From: Perkinsus olseni
Taxonomy: Eukaryota
Direction of reading: 5' to 3'
Length of the DNA: 61,103 nt
Assembly (NCBI GenBank): GCA_013115125.1
Contig: JABANN010000151.1
Span: forward strand, 1 to 61,103
A program made the position numbers and the translations under genes. Below are positions 47,039 to 59,805 of this stretch, piece by piece. The first letter of the stretch is position 1; every line of letters begins with the position of its first letter. A model generated the notes under the pieces. That model was given only the letters and a program-made list of their open reading frames with translations, was not told the origin of the DNA and made no database searches.

Positions 47039-49376
47039 ATGCTTCCCTTCAATCGTATAGCGGTCGCCAGTCTCGCTACTATGCGCCACTCCGGTCTGCT
47101 TGCCGCAGCGCTCCCCCGCCTCATCATTCGGCCCGGCCACCGTGGACGCTTCTTCTCGACGGCTGTAGGCGCTTCTCTGGCGGCCAGGCACAAGGTCAGG
47201 ATGCCTGTCAGACTCGCTGACAACGAGACAGGTAAGATCGCTTCCCTTGTTCAAAGTAACTCCTGATCAATCAGGTGGACTGGCCGAAGCCCACCAGCAA
47301 GCCTTAAAGGCAAAAGCGGAGCTCTCTGTCGAATGGCATAAATTTTGGTGGGACGCTACCGTCAAGGAGGTGAGCCGGACTGCGGGAAGCGCGGCGCTTG
47401 CCGCTCGTGCGTCTTGCCTTGCTTCACCGAAGTGTGTTGCAGCGCTCGCGGGTGAGGTATACGCGTGTCGGTCTACGTGAACTTGATGTATTTTTCGTCC
47501 TTGACCCGTGCCATGCCTTATCGGAACCTATTTTACTGGTATCGATCCTTCCCCCCGCCAGAGTGCATAAGCGTCCTTTGTCCGAAGCGTCACGGCTAGA
47601 TGATACTCACGCACTCGCCTGTTGCTCTCTGATGTTCTCTATATACTGTCATTCTCAGGTCGACACTGAGGCCAAGAAGGTGTTGGTCGGCTTCGACGCC
47701 TGGGACTCTCGATGGGATGAGTGGATCCCTATCGACAGCAATAGGCTCAGAGAAAGACTCACTGCTGACGACCCCCTCCACACCACCGGAACGATATCCC
47801 CTGCCCAGGTACGCCCTACCTCGATAGCGCGCATGCACATGCACTTCCCTCTCAGAAGCCGTCTCCGATCGAAAGGAGGCCAGTCGTTACGGCAGAGCGG
47901 TCGTCGCTTGCTGAAGCTGCTGTCACAGCGAAGGCCGTTGAGCTACCTGAAGGATGGGAGGAGTTGCGGGCTGAAGATGGTACTCCTTACTATCACAATA
48001 CGGCGACTGGGCATACCCAATGGGAGAAGCCCAGCTCTGGTGCTGCCACGGGTCAGGCTGCTCTCGAGGAGGGATGGCAGGAGTTCAAGACGGACGATGG
48101 TACGAGCTACTACTATAATGAGGCTACTGGTGTAACACAGTGGGAAAGGCCGGGGACCGCTGCGCCAGCTGTGGCGTCGAAGGCATTGCCTGATGGATGG
48201 GAGGAGTTCCACACCGAGGACGGAACGCCTTATTACTACCATCAGGCCACCAGTAAGACTGTATGGGAGAGTCCGGAGCAGGGCACAGCGGCAGGAGGTG
48301 TTGGTGCGGGGCTACCAGCGGAATGGGAGGAGTTCAAGGCGGATGATGGCACGCCTTATTACCACAATAGGGTCACGGGTGTTACGCAGTGGGAAGTTCC
48401 TGTGAAGCAGGATTCGGCTACTACTGCGGGTTCTGCTGCTACCGAATCGGCTAAGTTGCTGGACGAGAGCAGGACCTCGCTGCCTGAGGGATGGCAAGAA
48501 TTCAAGACTGACGACGGGACTGCCTACTACTACAATGAGGCTTCTGGGCTCACACAGTGGGAGCGGCCTGATGGGGCTGTGGTTACAAGGGAGGCTGCGG
48601 GTACGGAAGCGCTACCAGCCGGGTGGGAAGAGTTCAAGGCTGACGATGGTACTCCGTATTACTACAATTCAAATAGTGGTGTGACACAGTGGGAGCTCCC
48701 GACGAAGGCAAGTGCCGTGGAAGGCGCTCAAGAGGTCGAGGAATCCAAGGTTGATGATGGCGTTGGGCAGAAGAGCGAAGCTGATGTGGGAAGCAAGGTG
48801 GTGGAGGTGACGAAGGAGGCCCTGCCGGCAGATTGGGAGGAGTTCAAGGCTGATGATGGCACTCCTTATTATTATAATACCAAAACCGGGCAGACGCAGT
48901 GGGAGTATCCTCAGGGTGCGCACGGTGAAGGTTCTGTGACGCAAAGCAGTGGACCGACCGCAAAAGCAGGACAGCAGCAGTTGCCTGAGGGATGGGAGGA
49001 GCTTGCTGCCGAAGATGGGACGCCTTACTACCACCAAGTCACTACCGGCCACACTCAATGGGAGCTCCCGCCCGGGCAGTCTGTTCAAGCGGCGGTTGGC
49101 CTACCTGAGGGTTGGGAGGAGTTCAAGGCTGATGATGGTACTCCCTACTACTACAACTCTACCACTGGTGTGACACAATGGGAGACACCGACGGCCAGTC
49201 AAGGAGCAGTTCCTCGCAGAAGCGAGGCGGAGGGGCCGACCGCGGCCGAGGTGGCGGTCGCCGCCCTTGAAGGCCTGCCCCAAGGATGGGATTGTGTTCT
49301 CACGCCGGAAGGCAGAGAGCTGTTCTTCCAAGCTGGGGAGCCTGGCCGGCCCAGCACTTGGTCTCGCCCAGTGTAG
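47039..49376 (+). CDS. Presequence-like N-terminus + chromo-barrel (Tudor-knot) domain + 10 WW domains
   Basis: First 60 aa Arg-rich and acid-free with GRFFST; WWDATVKEVDTEAKKVLVGFDAWDSRWDEWIPIDSNRL chromo barrel; nine LPxxWEEFKxDDGTPYYxNxxTGxTQWExP-type repeats plus one degenerate. Confidence 0.9.
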
Positions 49377-49929
49377 GAGAACTTGTGACGCGATTTTTTG
49401 TTTCTGAATTTGTGTAATTTGAGGTTTCAGTACTTTCCTGACGAGTTGTCGTTCTTAGTTGGTCGAGAGTACCGCAGGGAGGTGCGATGGCCCGAGAGCA
49501 GTGCTAGGAGAGTAATTATCGCCTTCGTTCTCAGCTGTTCTTTATGATGTCATTATCAGTGCCTTCTCTTGGAGGAGCTCAAGGAGGGTGTCGGGAGCCC
49601 TCCTCTCGTCGAAGCGTAGTGGATTTGTTTAGGGAAGCCATGACCACAGATGGGACAACAGCAACGACACGCGAGACGGCGGTACCTCGGTTCATGAAGA
49701 CAGGTCGGTGGGAGGGGATATTTTTAAAGCACTTTGAGTTGGCATTATTACTGAGTCGCTGAGGTAGGAGTACCAACAGCGTGGCAACAACAGCTCGACT
49801 TCCGCTTTGAATGCGCCTCAGGAGTGTTCTGTCGGCCGTAATATAACAACTGTTAGGCCGCGTGTCAATCGAGACCACCAGTCAAGCCACCGATATAGAA
49901 TTTTTTAAATGACCGGTAGTCTAGGCACC

Positions 49930-52318
49930 ATGCTCGTGAGGCAATGCCTCCCCGCCAGCCGACGCATCAGTAGCGCGCAGAAGAGAGGGTTTGGCGTACC
50001 CATCGCCACCGCCCTTGGAAGAGGTTGTCAGTACGACTGGTCGTGTGTGCTCAGGACCCCAACCGGAGGTTCAAGTCGTTCCGGAGCATCTTATACCATT
50101 CATCACGAAGTGTACTGTTGTAACTCTGATGCCGGGTCGATACCTCTGGGCTTCAGTCAGCAAGAGCGCTTATAAGGTCACCATCTTGCACTAGCTTCGA
50201 CCTATGGCGTATCTTACGGTTTCACAGGCTCTTTACAGTGGCCAGACCTACATCCAGTCGGACTCTAATGGCTGGGACTACCTCTGTACTGATTGTGAAT
50301 ATGAGTACCAAATTCTGGGGAAGGAGTTCGGCCCGTACGACCTTGCCCTCACCCATAAGTAGGCGAGGGTCGAAATGTTTCAACCCACCGCCGCTCTTTC
50401 GCGCAGAAGAAACCTGAGAGAAACTCCTCTTCTCACGAGGGCGTCTTAGTACTCGATTATCCTCTGGAGATCGTTAAGAAAAAATCGAAGGATTCCTTGA
50501 TTGGATTGCCAGTGATAGTGGCGCCTCGTTGCTCATCAGTCAGGGTTCCCTCTCCACACTCCGTCTTAGCATGCTTCCCGTTCTCGTCAAGTAGATGCGT
50601 CCTGGTAAGGTACATTGCTGATGTTTGCGCACTCCTCGACACTGGTCGCCGAGTTGTTCACTTCTGCGCTTCTAAGAACAGCTTTCGGGCAGCATCAGCA
50701 TGTCTGGCAGCCCTCTGTATGACGTACCGGGGAGATGTAACCGGTGAGTACTTCCAGGGTGGTGGCTGTCTGAGCTTCTCTGTCAGGCACTCAGGCAGCA
50801 CAGTTGTTCGATAACATCAAGCTGGAGCCCTTCCGAGATGCTAATCTCGGAGTGTCCACCTTCGACCTTACCCTGCAGCACGTCTGCGAGGGTTTCGAGT
50901 TTGCCGTTCGCGAGGGGTGGTTTGATCTGGAGACTTTCGGCCGGAAAGCCTGGGAGCACTACCAGCAGCTCTCGAATGGCGATATGAACTGGATCGTTCC
51001 TGCTAGGATCCTAGCCTTCGCCGGTCAGTTGAAACCGCGCGCCGCGAAATTGCTAGCTCGAGGATCTCAGGCCCCAGCGACACCCTCGTCGATGAGCAGG
51101 GGCAGGAAGTCTGTCATCCTGACCTCTACGTCAAGACGTTCTCAGCGCCTGACTTTGCCGTGTCCACTGTGGTGAGGCTCAACGAGCGAAGATACTCCCC
51201 GGACTTCTTCACCAAGCACGGGATAAGACACTATGATCTCAATTTTGAGGTAGAAATGTAGCACAGGGTGGCTAGAGGGCAATGGCTTCTGGAGTTGGTG
51301 ATAATAACGCTATTAAGCGGTACCATATTCTTAGCTCGTGCCGGATGGCCGGTAAAGTGGTCTAAGGTGGCCTCTCTCAGGACGGTTCCTGTCCATCCGA
51401 CGAAGTAGTGAAGCGTTTCTTCGCGATCGTCGACTCGTCCGAGGGAGCGGTGGCAGTGCACTGCAAGGCTGGTCTTGGCCGCACCGGAACTCTAATAGGT
51501 ACAATCTGGTGGGGGTTTCTGCTGCTGCAGCTGCTGCTGCTGCTGCTGTTGATGTTGTACATCATCACCGTAGGTCTGTGGATGATGCGGGAGTACGGCC
51601 TCACAGCGCCCCAGTTCATAGGCTGGTGCAGGTTGTGCCGGCCTGGGTCGATATTAGGGCCACAACAGGTACTAACAGTGGGGAGGGGTTGAATAAGCGA
51701 ACTCCAGGCTTCAAGAGCTAGGGGTATCCGAAACGTGGTCGCAACCCAAAATATCTTTGGACCCTTTCTACTTCACACTAAAGGCAGCCTGTGGGTAGCC
51801 ATTGTCTCGCCCTGGGCGCGCAGTGCTACAGTCGTTCACGCCTCTAGAGGATAGTAGCTAGGCTGCCGAACACGTCTCAGAATCCGGGCTCTGCTGTGGT
51901 TGCAGATGCATGAACAAGCTAAGAATTGCACTCGCTACGTTTTCCGCTAGATCCGCGGAATGCTAGATGGCTTGTGGAGGGTCTGATCATGTTTCAGGCA
52001 TATCTGTTGGAAATGCAGGCTTACTGTCATAGTGGTAGGGATGGCCCTCGAGACTCCCATTGGGCCAAGCTCGGCAGCGAATCCCCCATTGGACGGTAAG
52101 CCGAAGTATACTATGGCGAGTGCTTGGAGGACCTCCTCGGTCTTAGGAACGGCGATCTGGGCCAGGCCAGTCGGCTGCTGCGGAGCAAGCGTTTGAGTAG
52201 TGGAGAGCTCCACTTGCCTACTCCGGCTGTCCAGTCCAAGGCAGCGACTAACGAGCCGAAACGGAAGAGAAAGTCGGCCCGTGCCGCTAGAAGAGCGTCC
52301 CCTTTGGTGACTGTGTAA
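49930..52318 (+). CDS. CDC14: CDC14 dual-specificity phosphatase (start uncertain)
   Basis: [49 protein letters not shown], catalytic [32 protein letters not shown]. Confidence 0.95.
51519..51557 (+). repeat. CTG microsatellite inside a CDC14 intron
   Basis: ctgctgctgcagctgctgctgctgctgctgttgatgttg within intron ~51499-51573. Confidence 0.9.
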
Positions 52319-52683
52319 AATGTCCCCTGTCGTGAACAGCCTCTCCTTATCATTAATGTAGCGAATTTTTATTAACGGAGTTTCAAGCTCACTACGGCAG
52401 GTGGCTGCCCTCACCATTATTGTCTGCTGATGCTGCTGCTCTCCGCTTTTTTGTGAACAGGAGAAGCCCATTGTCTACCCGCCACACGTTGCTGTCGACT
52501 AGCGTACAATTTCTCCCGTTTGATCGCCGAGGTGGGGTCTCATCGGCCGATAAATCCTCACGTTTCTGTGGCCACTCAGAGACCTTGTCACTTTTCATTA
52601 CAGTATGACCTCGGATTTCAGTCACGCTCGAGGGTCGGGTTGCCTTGGGTGAGGGGTTGCGCAAAACTGAGTTTTTGACGACT

Positions 52684-53509
52684 ATGATTGCCCGACGGCT
52701 CGTCGTCATGGGGCGGCCAGCAGCGAGCCGAGCCTTCGCCGTGGGAGTGTCGCCACAAAAGTGAGGAATCGTCATACTCCCTCCGCACTGCCATACTTTC
52801 GCCTCGCCAGGAAGACCCCGCTGGTGCCCGACTACAAGAATGAGTCTTGGTATGACGAAGTGCCGGACACCCTGCTGCCCACAGGACAGCTCGACAAACG
52901 TAACGTCGGCGATGCAGCAGTACGTGGGTTCGTGCCCAGGGTGCGGTGGTACGTACTCAACTTTCAGCAACCACCGCTCTCTCGAGAAGAGATCTATCAG
53001 CCCAACTCGCCCCATCGGGAGATCAGACTGCGCCATCGTCTAGACATGTGAGCCCTCCAAAGCAGCAGCGGTGATCTGCTCATCATGTTCAGAAGCAAGA
53101 TCGATTGGTTCGGAAAGGGAAGTGATGACCGCCGCCTCGAAAAGGTTGAAAGGCACTACAACTTCCACAACTACAAGTTTTTCACGTACACAGAAAAGTT
53201 CGGCGTCGTGGTACGTATCTTCATCTGCCTAACGATCGCAGTGGCCGTCTTCACTTTAGTTCATCTGCTTGGTGGTTGTACCGGTCATTGGTGCCATGAC
53301 GTTCATGCCGAATTTCCGGCAGGAGTTCCTCAGCATCTTCACCACTACCCCTCCCGCGTTCCAAAAGGGCCACGCCTCAATCGATTTATCCGAGGTATCG
53401 CGTCGCTATTTTACGCTCGACAGTCGAATGACAGGTTAAATTCTGGGACCATCGCCCGGAGAGCTTCACGCTCAAAGAGATGTGGGGGCAGCAGGAGCAT
53501 GAAGAGTGA
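52684..53509 (+). CDS. Putative mitochondrial single-pass membrane protein (~200 aa)
   Basis: Six exons splice in frame: MIARRLVVMGRPAASRAFA presequence-like start, TM FGVVFICLVVVPVIGAMTFM, ends KEMWGQQEHEE*. Confidence 0.8.
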
Positions 53510-53682
53510 CTATTCTGTTTCTGTCTGGTTGATCTCTTTTGTTTCCCCAGTACTCGTGAACGCGACTTGGACGGGAAAATACAGCGGAGCCTGTGCATTA
53601 GCACATGGTTGTTCATGACACTATTAGTGACGAAATAACGAGCATGATGATTAACATCGGTGAAGACGATGCAATGTGCGCA

Positions 53683-54993
53683 TCATTCGGTGTTTCTGTT
53701 CTCTCCGGCACAAAATGGAAGACCATCCCACTGCACATGACGTGACCTGAGAGAGAACAGATGATGACCATTTGACGTTCTGTACGACTGACCCTTCGCG
53801 GTAACGGCTATTCTGTTGAGCAGTGAATCCCCGGGCTTCGCCGCCAGGGAGTCCATCACCGTCGGGTTCTCACCGGAGAATGCCGAGTCAGCATCAGATT
53901 GATTAGCATGGCTCACTGCTGGGGGCATTTCACCTGGTCCGAGGTTCAGAGCTTCCCTGCACGAATGGCCCGAGAACTCAGAGTTCCTAGCAATACAGGA
54001 CGATCAGAAAGAAGCTCACAGCGCCACCGCCGACTCACTTTGCCTCGGGGTTTATGACACAGAAATCCTTCACCTCTCCGACCATCATAGCGCCATCGGT
54101 TCCTGTCATTGCCGCGTTCGGGCAATAAACAGATCCTTCGATCATCTCGCAGTAGCCACAGGCGTAGAGGGCACATTCGGCCCAGTTGCACTGTTCTGTG
54201 TCCGCCTGCGAGCCTGGCTTCACACGTTTTGATATGTACTCTCGGAAGGCGGCGATGGTCGTGCTCTGGAGGCCAGCGCTCCAGATTCGCCCAGGCTCTC
54301 CTGTGTCGATGAAATTATTGAAGGGCTCCCGCGATATCGTTTCCGAATGCTGCGAAAAATGCTGAAGTCGTTCGAGAGGCAGCCTTAACCTGCTCACCAT
54401 CTTGGTCCATCCATTCAGCGATTTTGAGGAGGCACTTGACGTCGCGGTTGTATTATCAGCCACTGGAGTCGCGCCGCTCGCAGTGCTGAGAAAAATTTCA
54501 TTCCTCGGGCGGATCTCAAGCGGCAGCTTCCACATCACGGCGATTCGAGAGAAGAGAGAGGCCATAGACTGCCAGCCTGGCTACAAGATGCGGACTGCTT
54601 ACTCTGGTTGCATCGACGCGGCGGCGGGTGGCTGTCCCATCCTTCTCATCTGGAATTGAATTCTGCGACCCATTCCGAGCGACAGGGCTGACTGGAGTAG
54701 GAGGAATCTCATGTTGCCGGGGGACGTCGGTTTGAAGTGTGATGATAATCCTGCGGTTACAGTGGCTGTTTCAGTGAATTACGGCTCTGAAATCATTCAA
54801 TCTACCATTCCTGCGTCGGAGATTCAAGAGAAACTCGGATCCCCGGTCTTGCCCATCTCGCTTCACTTGCTTCTCCTCAACGCATTCCTGCGCGTCTTGA
54901 AGGATTAAAATCTTTTTCCTGAGGACAAAGTATACTTGAAGGGCGCAGTAATTCCTTGCGTTGCGAATGTGTATCATCCTCGCGATGGCCCAT
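53683..54993 (-). CDS. Hypothetical protein with Cys-rich segment (multi-exon, ends uncertain)
   Basis: Exon with CNWAECALYACGYCEMIEGSVYCPN...DFCVINPEAK and flanking GT-AG-bounded exons. Confidence 0.55.
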
Positions 54994-55710
54994 TAGACCT
55001 CAGTAAACCTCGGACGCCCTGCGTTTCTCACAGAGTCAGCCTTTCCGGTATCATTCTCACGCATAAGTGGCATGCTGAGCTCGGAAACGTATAGTTGCGG
55101 TGGACGATATATTCTGCTGAGGCTCAACAGATGGGCATGAATCACGGTGCAGAAAAAAATCGTCGCATCATCGGGATTCGGGCAATGGTGTGAGAGACTT
55201 CACAGCCTCTTCGGTAACGTCGCAGTATCGATCTGTGAGGCAAAGTCCTCGAAAGTGAAAAGCTCTGTCGCTCGTGTAAGCCGTTCGCTAAGATCGAACG
55301 ATGAATACAGCCGAGCTGACCTACTGCTCGATTGCCGGTTCAGAAGTCGCGTCACCGAATCCCAGAAGAGGGAAAAAGGGCCGAGGCGAGTTTATGGATC
55401 CCAACGCAGCGCGTTAACATGGCAGAAAGACCTCCAGTTGAAATAGTCGAAAAGATACTGCTGAAAATCCCCTCAGAGCTGGGCTCACACGACAGAACAG
55501 GGTATGCCGAGAGTCAGAAGCGCCCCTGCGAACACCGCTAGCAAAATGCTGCGATGAGTAGATCAACTTGGCGACCAGTAAAGACGGAGCTGCACTCTGC
55601 AGCGCTAAGAGAGAGACATCACAGCAAGGAAGGTAACAGCATAACAACGATCATCATGATCGAGCTCATGTGGGTCATGAAAAATGATGAAATTCGTAAC
55701 CTAGTGGTAA

Positions 55711-56619
55711 TCAAACCCTTGTCATCTTTAGACCGCATCTCATCATGAGATTCACATCTTGCGATATGAGTATAGCCCCAGTAGGGTCATCGTGAATGCC
55801 ACTCTTATACTTGGGATTGGTCAGACACTCCTCAGATGATACATCACCAGTGCCAATCCATTCAAACTGGCAATCTTCTCCCAAGTCTTCACTCCTCTCC
55901 ACCAGGAATTCGAAAAAAGCCTTCAACTCATGCTCCGCGTACTGTGGATAATCAAACAACTCATCAAATACTATGATTGTCCCGGGGACTATCATATGAC
56001 CAACATTCTTGAATATGCTGACGGTCGACTCATACATGTCACAGTCGATATGAAGCAGGGCAATAGTATCATCTGGATGGTCCCCAGCGAAGGCTGGCAA
56101 CGTGTCGTCAAACAGCCCCACCACCAACTCGACGTTATCGGGCATCTCCGGTATTTTATCCTGCGCAAACGCACCCATGGCCGCCTTCGGTAGGACTCCC
56201 TAAAGGTCAGGAGGAAGCCGTACTCAGATCCTTGCTGACATCACGACTGCACGATTGGTTACCCCCGCTGGCAACCAATCACTAGGCAGCCCCTTGAAAC
56301 TGTCGAAGCCGTACATCCTACGTCCTTTCAACTCACCAGCGATGTACCGTGTGAAGTTACCTGAAGGGCGACGACATCATGACCTGAAAATGTGAATATT
56401 GCAACCTGTGGCAACGCCGAAGTCTAGGATGAGACCATCTTTGGGGAGCATTCCCCTCTTGAATATCTGGTCTAGTGGGGGACTCGGTAGTTTCGGGATC
56501 CTCCCATCATCAAGTGAAGCCTGGATATCTCCAATAAACGTGTTATAGTCCGTAGAAGAACCAACAGACACAAGATTCGGAGATTTCCTCGTGCTCGTGA
56601 CGACAGCGACGGGATTCAT
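55711..56619 (-). CDS. TylF/MycF/NovP-like class I SAM O-methyltransferase
   Basis: LDFGVATG, MYGFDSFKGLPSDW, VELVVGLFDDTLP, IALLHIDCDMYEST, IVPGTIIVFDE, ELKAFFEF; two short introns. Confidence 0.88.
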
Positions 56620-56980
56620 ACAGATAACGAGCGACACGATCAACTTAAAAGCACTCGCATGCTACGAGCCAGCAAGACAGAATGGACGTGGGAGGCTCGC
56701 ACAATAGGCGAGTCGATGATCCTTCCAAAGCCACTCCCTGACATACGCCGGAATCAAAGTCACGCTTACTTCGAGTGAGTGCTCGCAACTCAACTCAATT
56801 GTCACAGCATTTTTTCTCAGAAAAATGCGTTCAAAATACCTTGGAGGTAGCCCAGATAATGACTCTGAGAGATGCTCGAGGGCTCATATTCTAGGAACGC
56901 ATCCCCGCGATTCCATCAGAAGCAAAGTCCAGCTGTGAGCTATCGTAAAGACACCAGGTCGCTGATAGAGCAAGGAAACT

Positions 56981-58416
56981 CTAGTAAATGCGCCAAATGA
57001 CATCAACCCAAGAAGACTTCATCAACTTCACGGCATTAGCTTGGGAGATTCGGTGATAATGATTGTCCGGCTCGTTGGCGATGTTCCTGGCCGCCACAGA
57101 AATGGATACGCATATCCGAGCGATCTGAATAAATAAGGAACAACTCTTGCTCCCTTCAGGGTGTCAGAACTTGCGTTAGTCTAATATCCTGATTCACTTC
57201 CTCTCAAGACAGCAGACCATTCTGCTGCGTCGACGCCGAAGAAGCGTACTCACCGCAAGCGGGACCAACGCCCTCTCTTCGTCCGCGGTCAAAGACACCT
57301 CTGACTTGAAACCAGTCAGCACAGCCTCCGCAAGCTCAACCGGGTACCACTGGTCTACCAGAACTAGCCAGAGGTAGGCGAGGCATATAGCGATGTCCGC
57401 AACACGATAAGTGAGGCATCTGAGGGCCCATCTCAAACCCTCATGGCGCTCTGATGTGGGCAGACTCGGCCTACAGATCGCCGAAGTCCAAGATGCCGAC
57501 GGCTCTCGTTCCCTCCTCCAGTTCACCTATGATAATATTATACCTGAAGATAGCGTTGCAGGCAGCCGAGGCCTTACCGTGATTTACTCATTGGCATCAT
57601 TCTGGCACACTTGACAAGGAAGTGTCAATCCCCGGAGAGCTTCAGTGGCTGCCTGCGCTTGCGACTTTACTATCTCCCGCAGCTCCTCATCGGCTATAAG
57701 GTGCACATTCGCGGCGATGACCTAAAGATACACCCTGAGGTCGGTAGGGAAGTGGGGATATTTGACTTTGGAATAGTTTCGTATGTCCCAGGTGAAATCA
57801 GGGAGGTCCAGCTCGGTCGGAACTCCGCGAAATTCGCGGCCCAAACACGAGCCAATCACGCCCACCGCTCGACCAATAGAACGGAGAAGATCCTCGGACA
57901 CTTTATGAGAGAGGCAGTAGTTAGCCAGGGGTTGACCTGTCGACAGCGGATCGACTCTCGTTGAGGAGGAGGATGCGTACCCGGCAGGAATTCAACCACG
58001 GCAACAAAACGACCGCTGACCTCGACGAAGTAGTCGCCTTTGCCCGGCAGTGGAGCGACTATGGTCTGGACGAGCCCAGCATGGTCTTTCGAGACGGCGG
58101 ATAGGCCACGCAGACGCAACCTGCCCACGGAACTCCTTTGCACCTTCCGTAAGGTGATAAGGAAGAGGAGAGGGCCCCATGGCCGCAGCGCTAGGTCGTG
58201 ATGTGCTCTCCCTCACCTCAAGGTAACCGGATCAACGGCAGCCTCGAAAACTTTGACAACAAATTGTCTTCTATCGCCGGAGGAAGGCGTCTCATCCGTC
58301 GCCAAGAAATTCTCATCCCGCTCCGACGGCAGGACGCTTAGGAGCTGAACTCGTTGTAGGCCGAAGAAAGTATCAAAATCTGATGCGACGACCCTGGAGG
58401 CCTCCAAGGGGTGCAT
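56981..58416 (-). CDS. Hydroxylysine kinase / APH-family phosphotransferase
   Basis: LPSERDENF, FVVKV, VEFLPG, LPCQVCQNDANEYNII, GILDFGDL, RVADIAICLAY, LTADEERAL. Confidence 0.85.
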
Positions 58417-59805
58417 GCTTACCTTTAGTGATGAGGTCAAAACGTTGATGATCTTTCTGCTTTGGTGGCTGGCCAACCATCGGAAATCGAAGTGACTTCG
58501 AAGCGGTAATAATTGCAGGAGTTACATCGGTAAAGCGACTCCACGTGAATGGTCCTCATGTCGCATGCCATGCACGAGAATCGCTTTCAAGACGGACCCC
58601 AAGTTGCAGGATAATTTCACTTCCCCCGTCCATGATTGACTCCTCGGTAACTTTTGTGCGCACTGCGCGTAGTGTCATGATGTACGCGTGCGAGTATTGG
58701 TAATGGTCTTTGCAACCTCACTAGCAGTTTATTGTGAAGCACCTGAAGGGCAGTCCGCTCGTACCATGCAGGGTAACCTGACGCGAATTCCTTGGTGATT
58801 GCTATGATGGCGATCCCACCGAAGTCCACGGTCGAGCCATTCACGAAGGCGGTCACACGGAACGTCACGACTACTCCTCGTCTTTTATACGACGACGGAC
58901 TTTCCTCACATGATATCTTAACTGTTGCGGTAGGGATGGTTGATGATGAGAGAACAAGACAACCCGCAATTCCTCCCCGCTGGCCGAAGGAACGGTGAAT
59001 GGGAATGGCTCGTCAAGTGCTGTCTTATGTGGCTGCTCACTCGAGGCAGGACTATATGTACTTGGCAACGAGCAGCGGAGAAGCCCCACTGTTGAACGCA
59101 AGTTGTATTGTGATTGAAAGGGCGTTAGGCACTAGGATAGAGTAACTACCATAGGTCATCAACTTATCGTGAGGACCCATACTGACAAGAGATACTATCA
59201 ACAATCGACGATGTTTCAAACACACCATCTTCGCTGTCACCCGATGAAACTATGCCGTTCATCTACGCGGCTTTCTTCTCCCTACAGGGACTCACTTCGG
59301 AGACAGTGAAGACGAGTTAAACTATGAGTGAACATGGAAGACAACGACGATACTGATGGACTGCAAATAGTACAGTGTTATTACAGTTTAATACAACAAC
59401 ACTGCGATGACAATGTTAGTGACACTACTAGCTCTATGGTGGTGACACGGATGATGACGCCTGACACCATCATCACTGACCAGAATAACAATAATACGTA
59501 CTACTACTATCATCATCCAGGAGCAGCGATGATCGTAATGCATATGAAAGATACGCACGAAATTGAGTACATCGTACGATGGACTCTTTATGATTAGTTT
59601 GAAGTTGTAGCAGGAGAAGAGTGAGACGGCTTATAAAATCGTCAGCGAGAAGGGAGAACAGTCAACAGGTATAATCAGGCATGCGAGGGCGAAACAGCAA
59701 CCACCCCGCGACGAGCCAGATCTTCGCAGTGGCCTATTAGTACACAATAGGGCAAAGATGAAAAATTGAAGAGAAAGTATCATGAGCAACAGAGCATCGC
59801 CATCA

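Noticed and set aside
47940-49200. Regularly spaced nucleotide repeats suggesting a CRISPR-like array
   Set aside because: They are in-frame WW-domain codons with synonymous variation, in a eukaryotic gene.
49930-50054. Mitochondrial presequence on CDC14 ([22 protein letters not shown])
   Set aside because: Depends on an assumed 31-nt intron; another frame is open across the same region, so the N-terminus is unresolved.
52392-53036. 214-aa minus-strand ORF
   Set aside because: Antisense to the cleanly spliced plus-strand gene at 52684-53509.
55000-55700. Short ORFs on both strands
   Set aside because: No recognisable domain or supportable exon structure.
58500-59760. Possible gene between the kinase and RING genes
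   Set aside because: Only short low-complexity frames; no coherent spliced product could be built.
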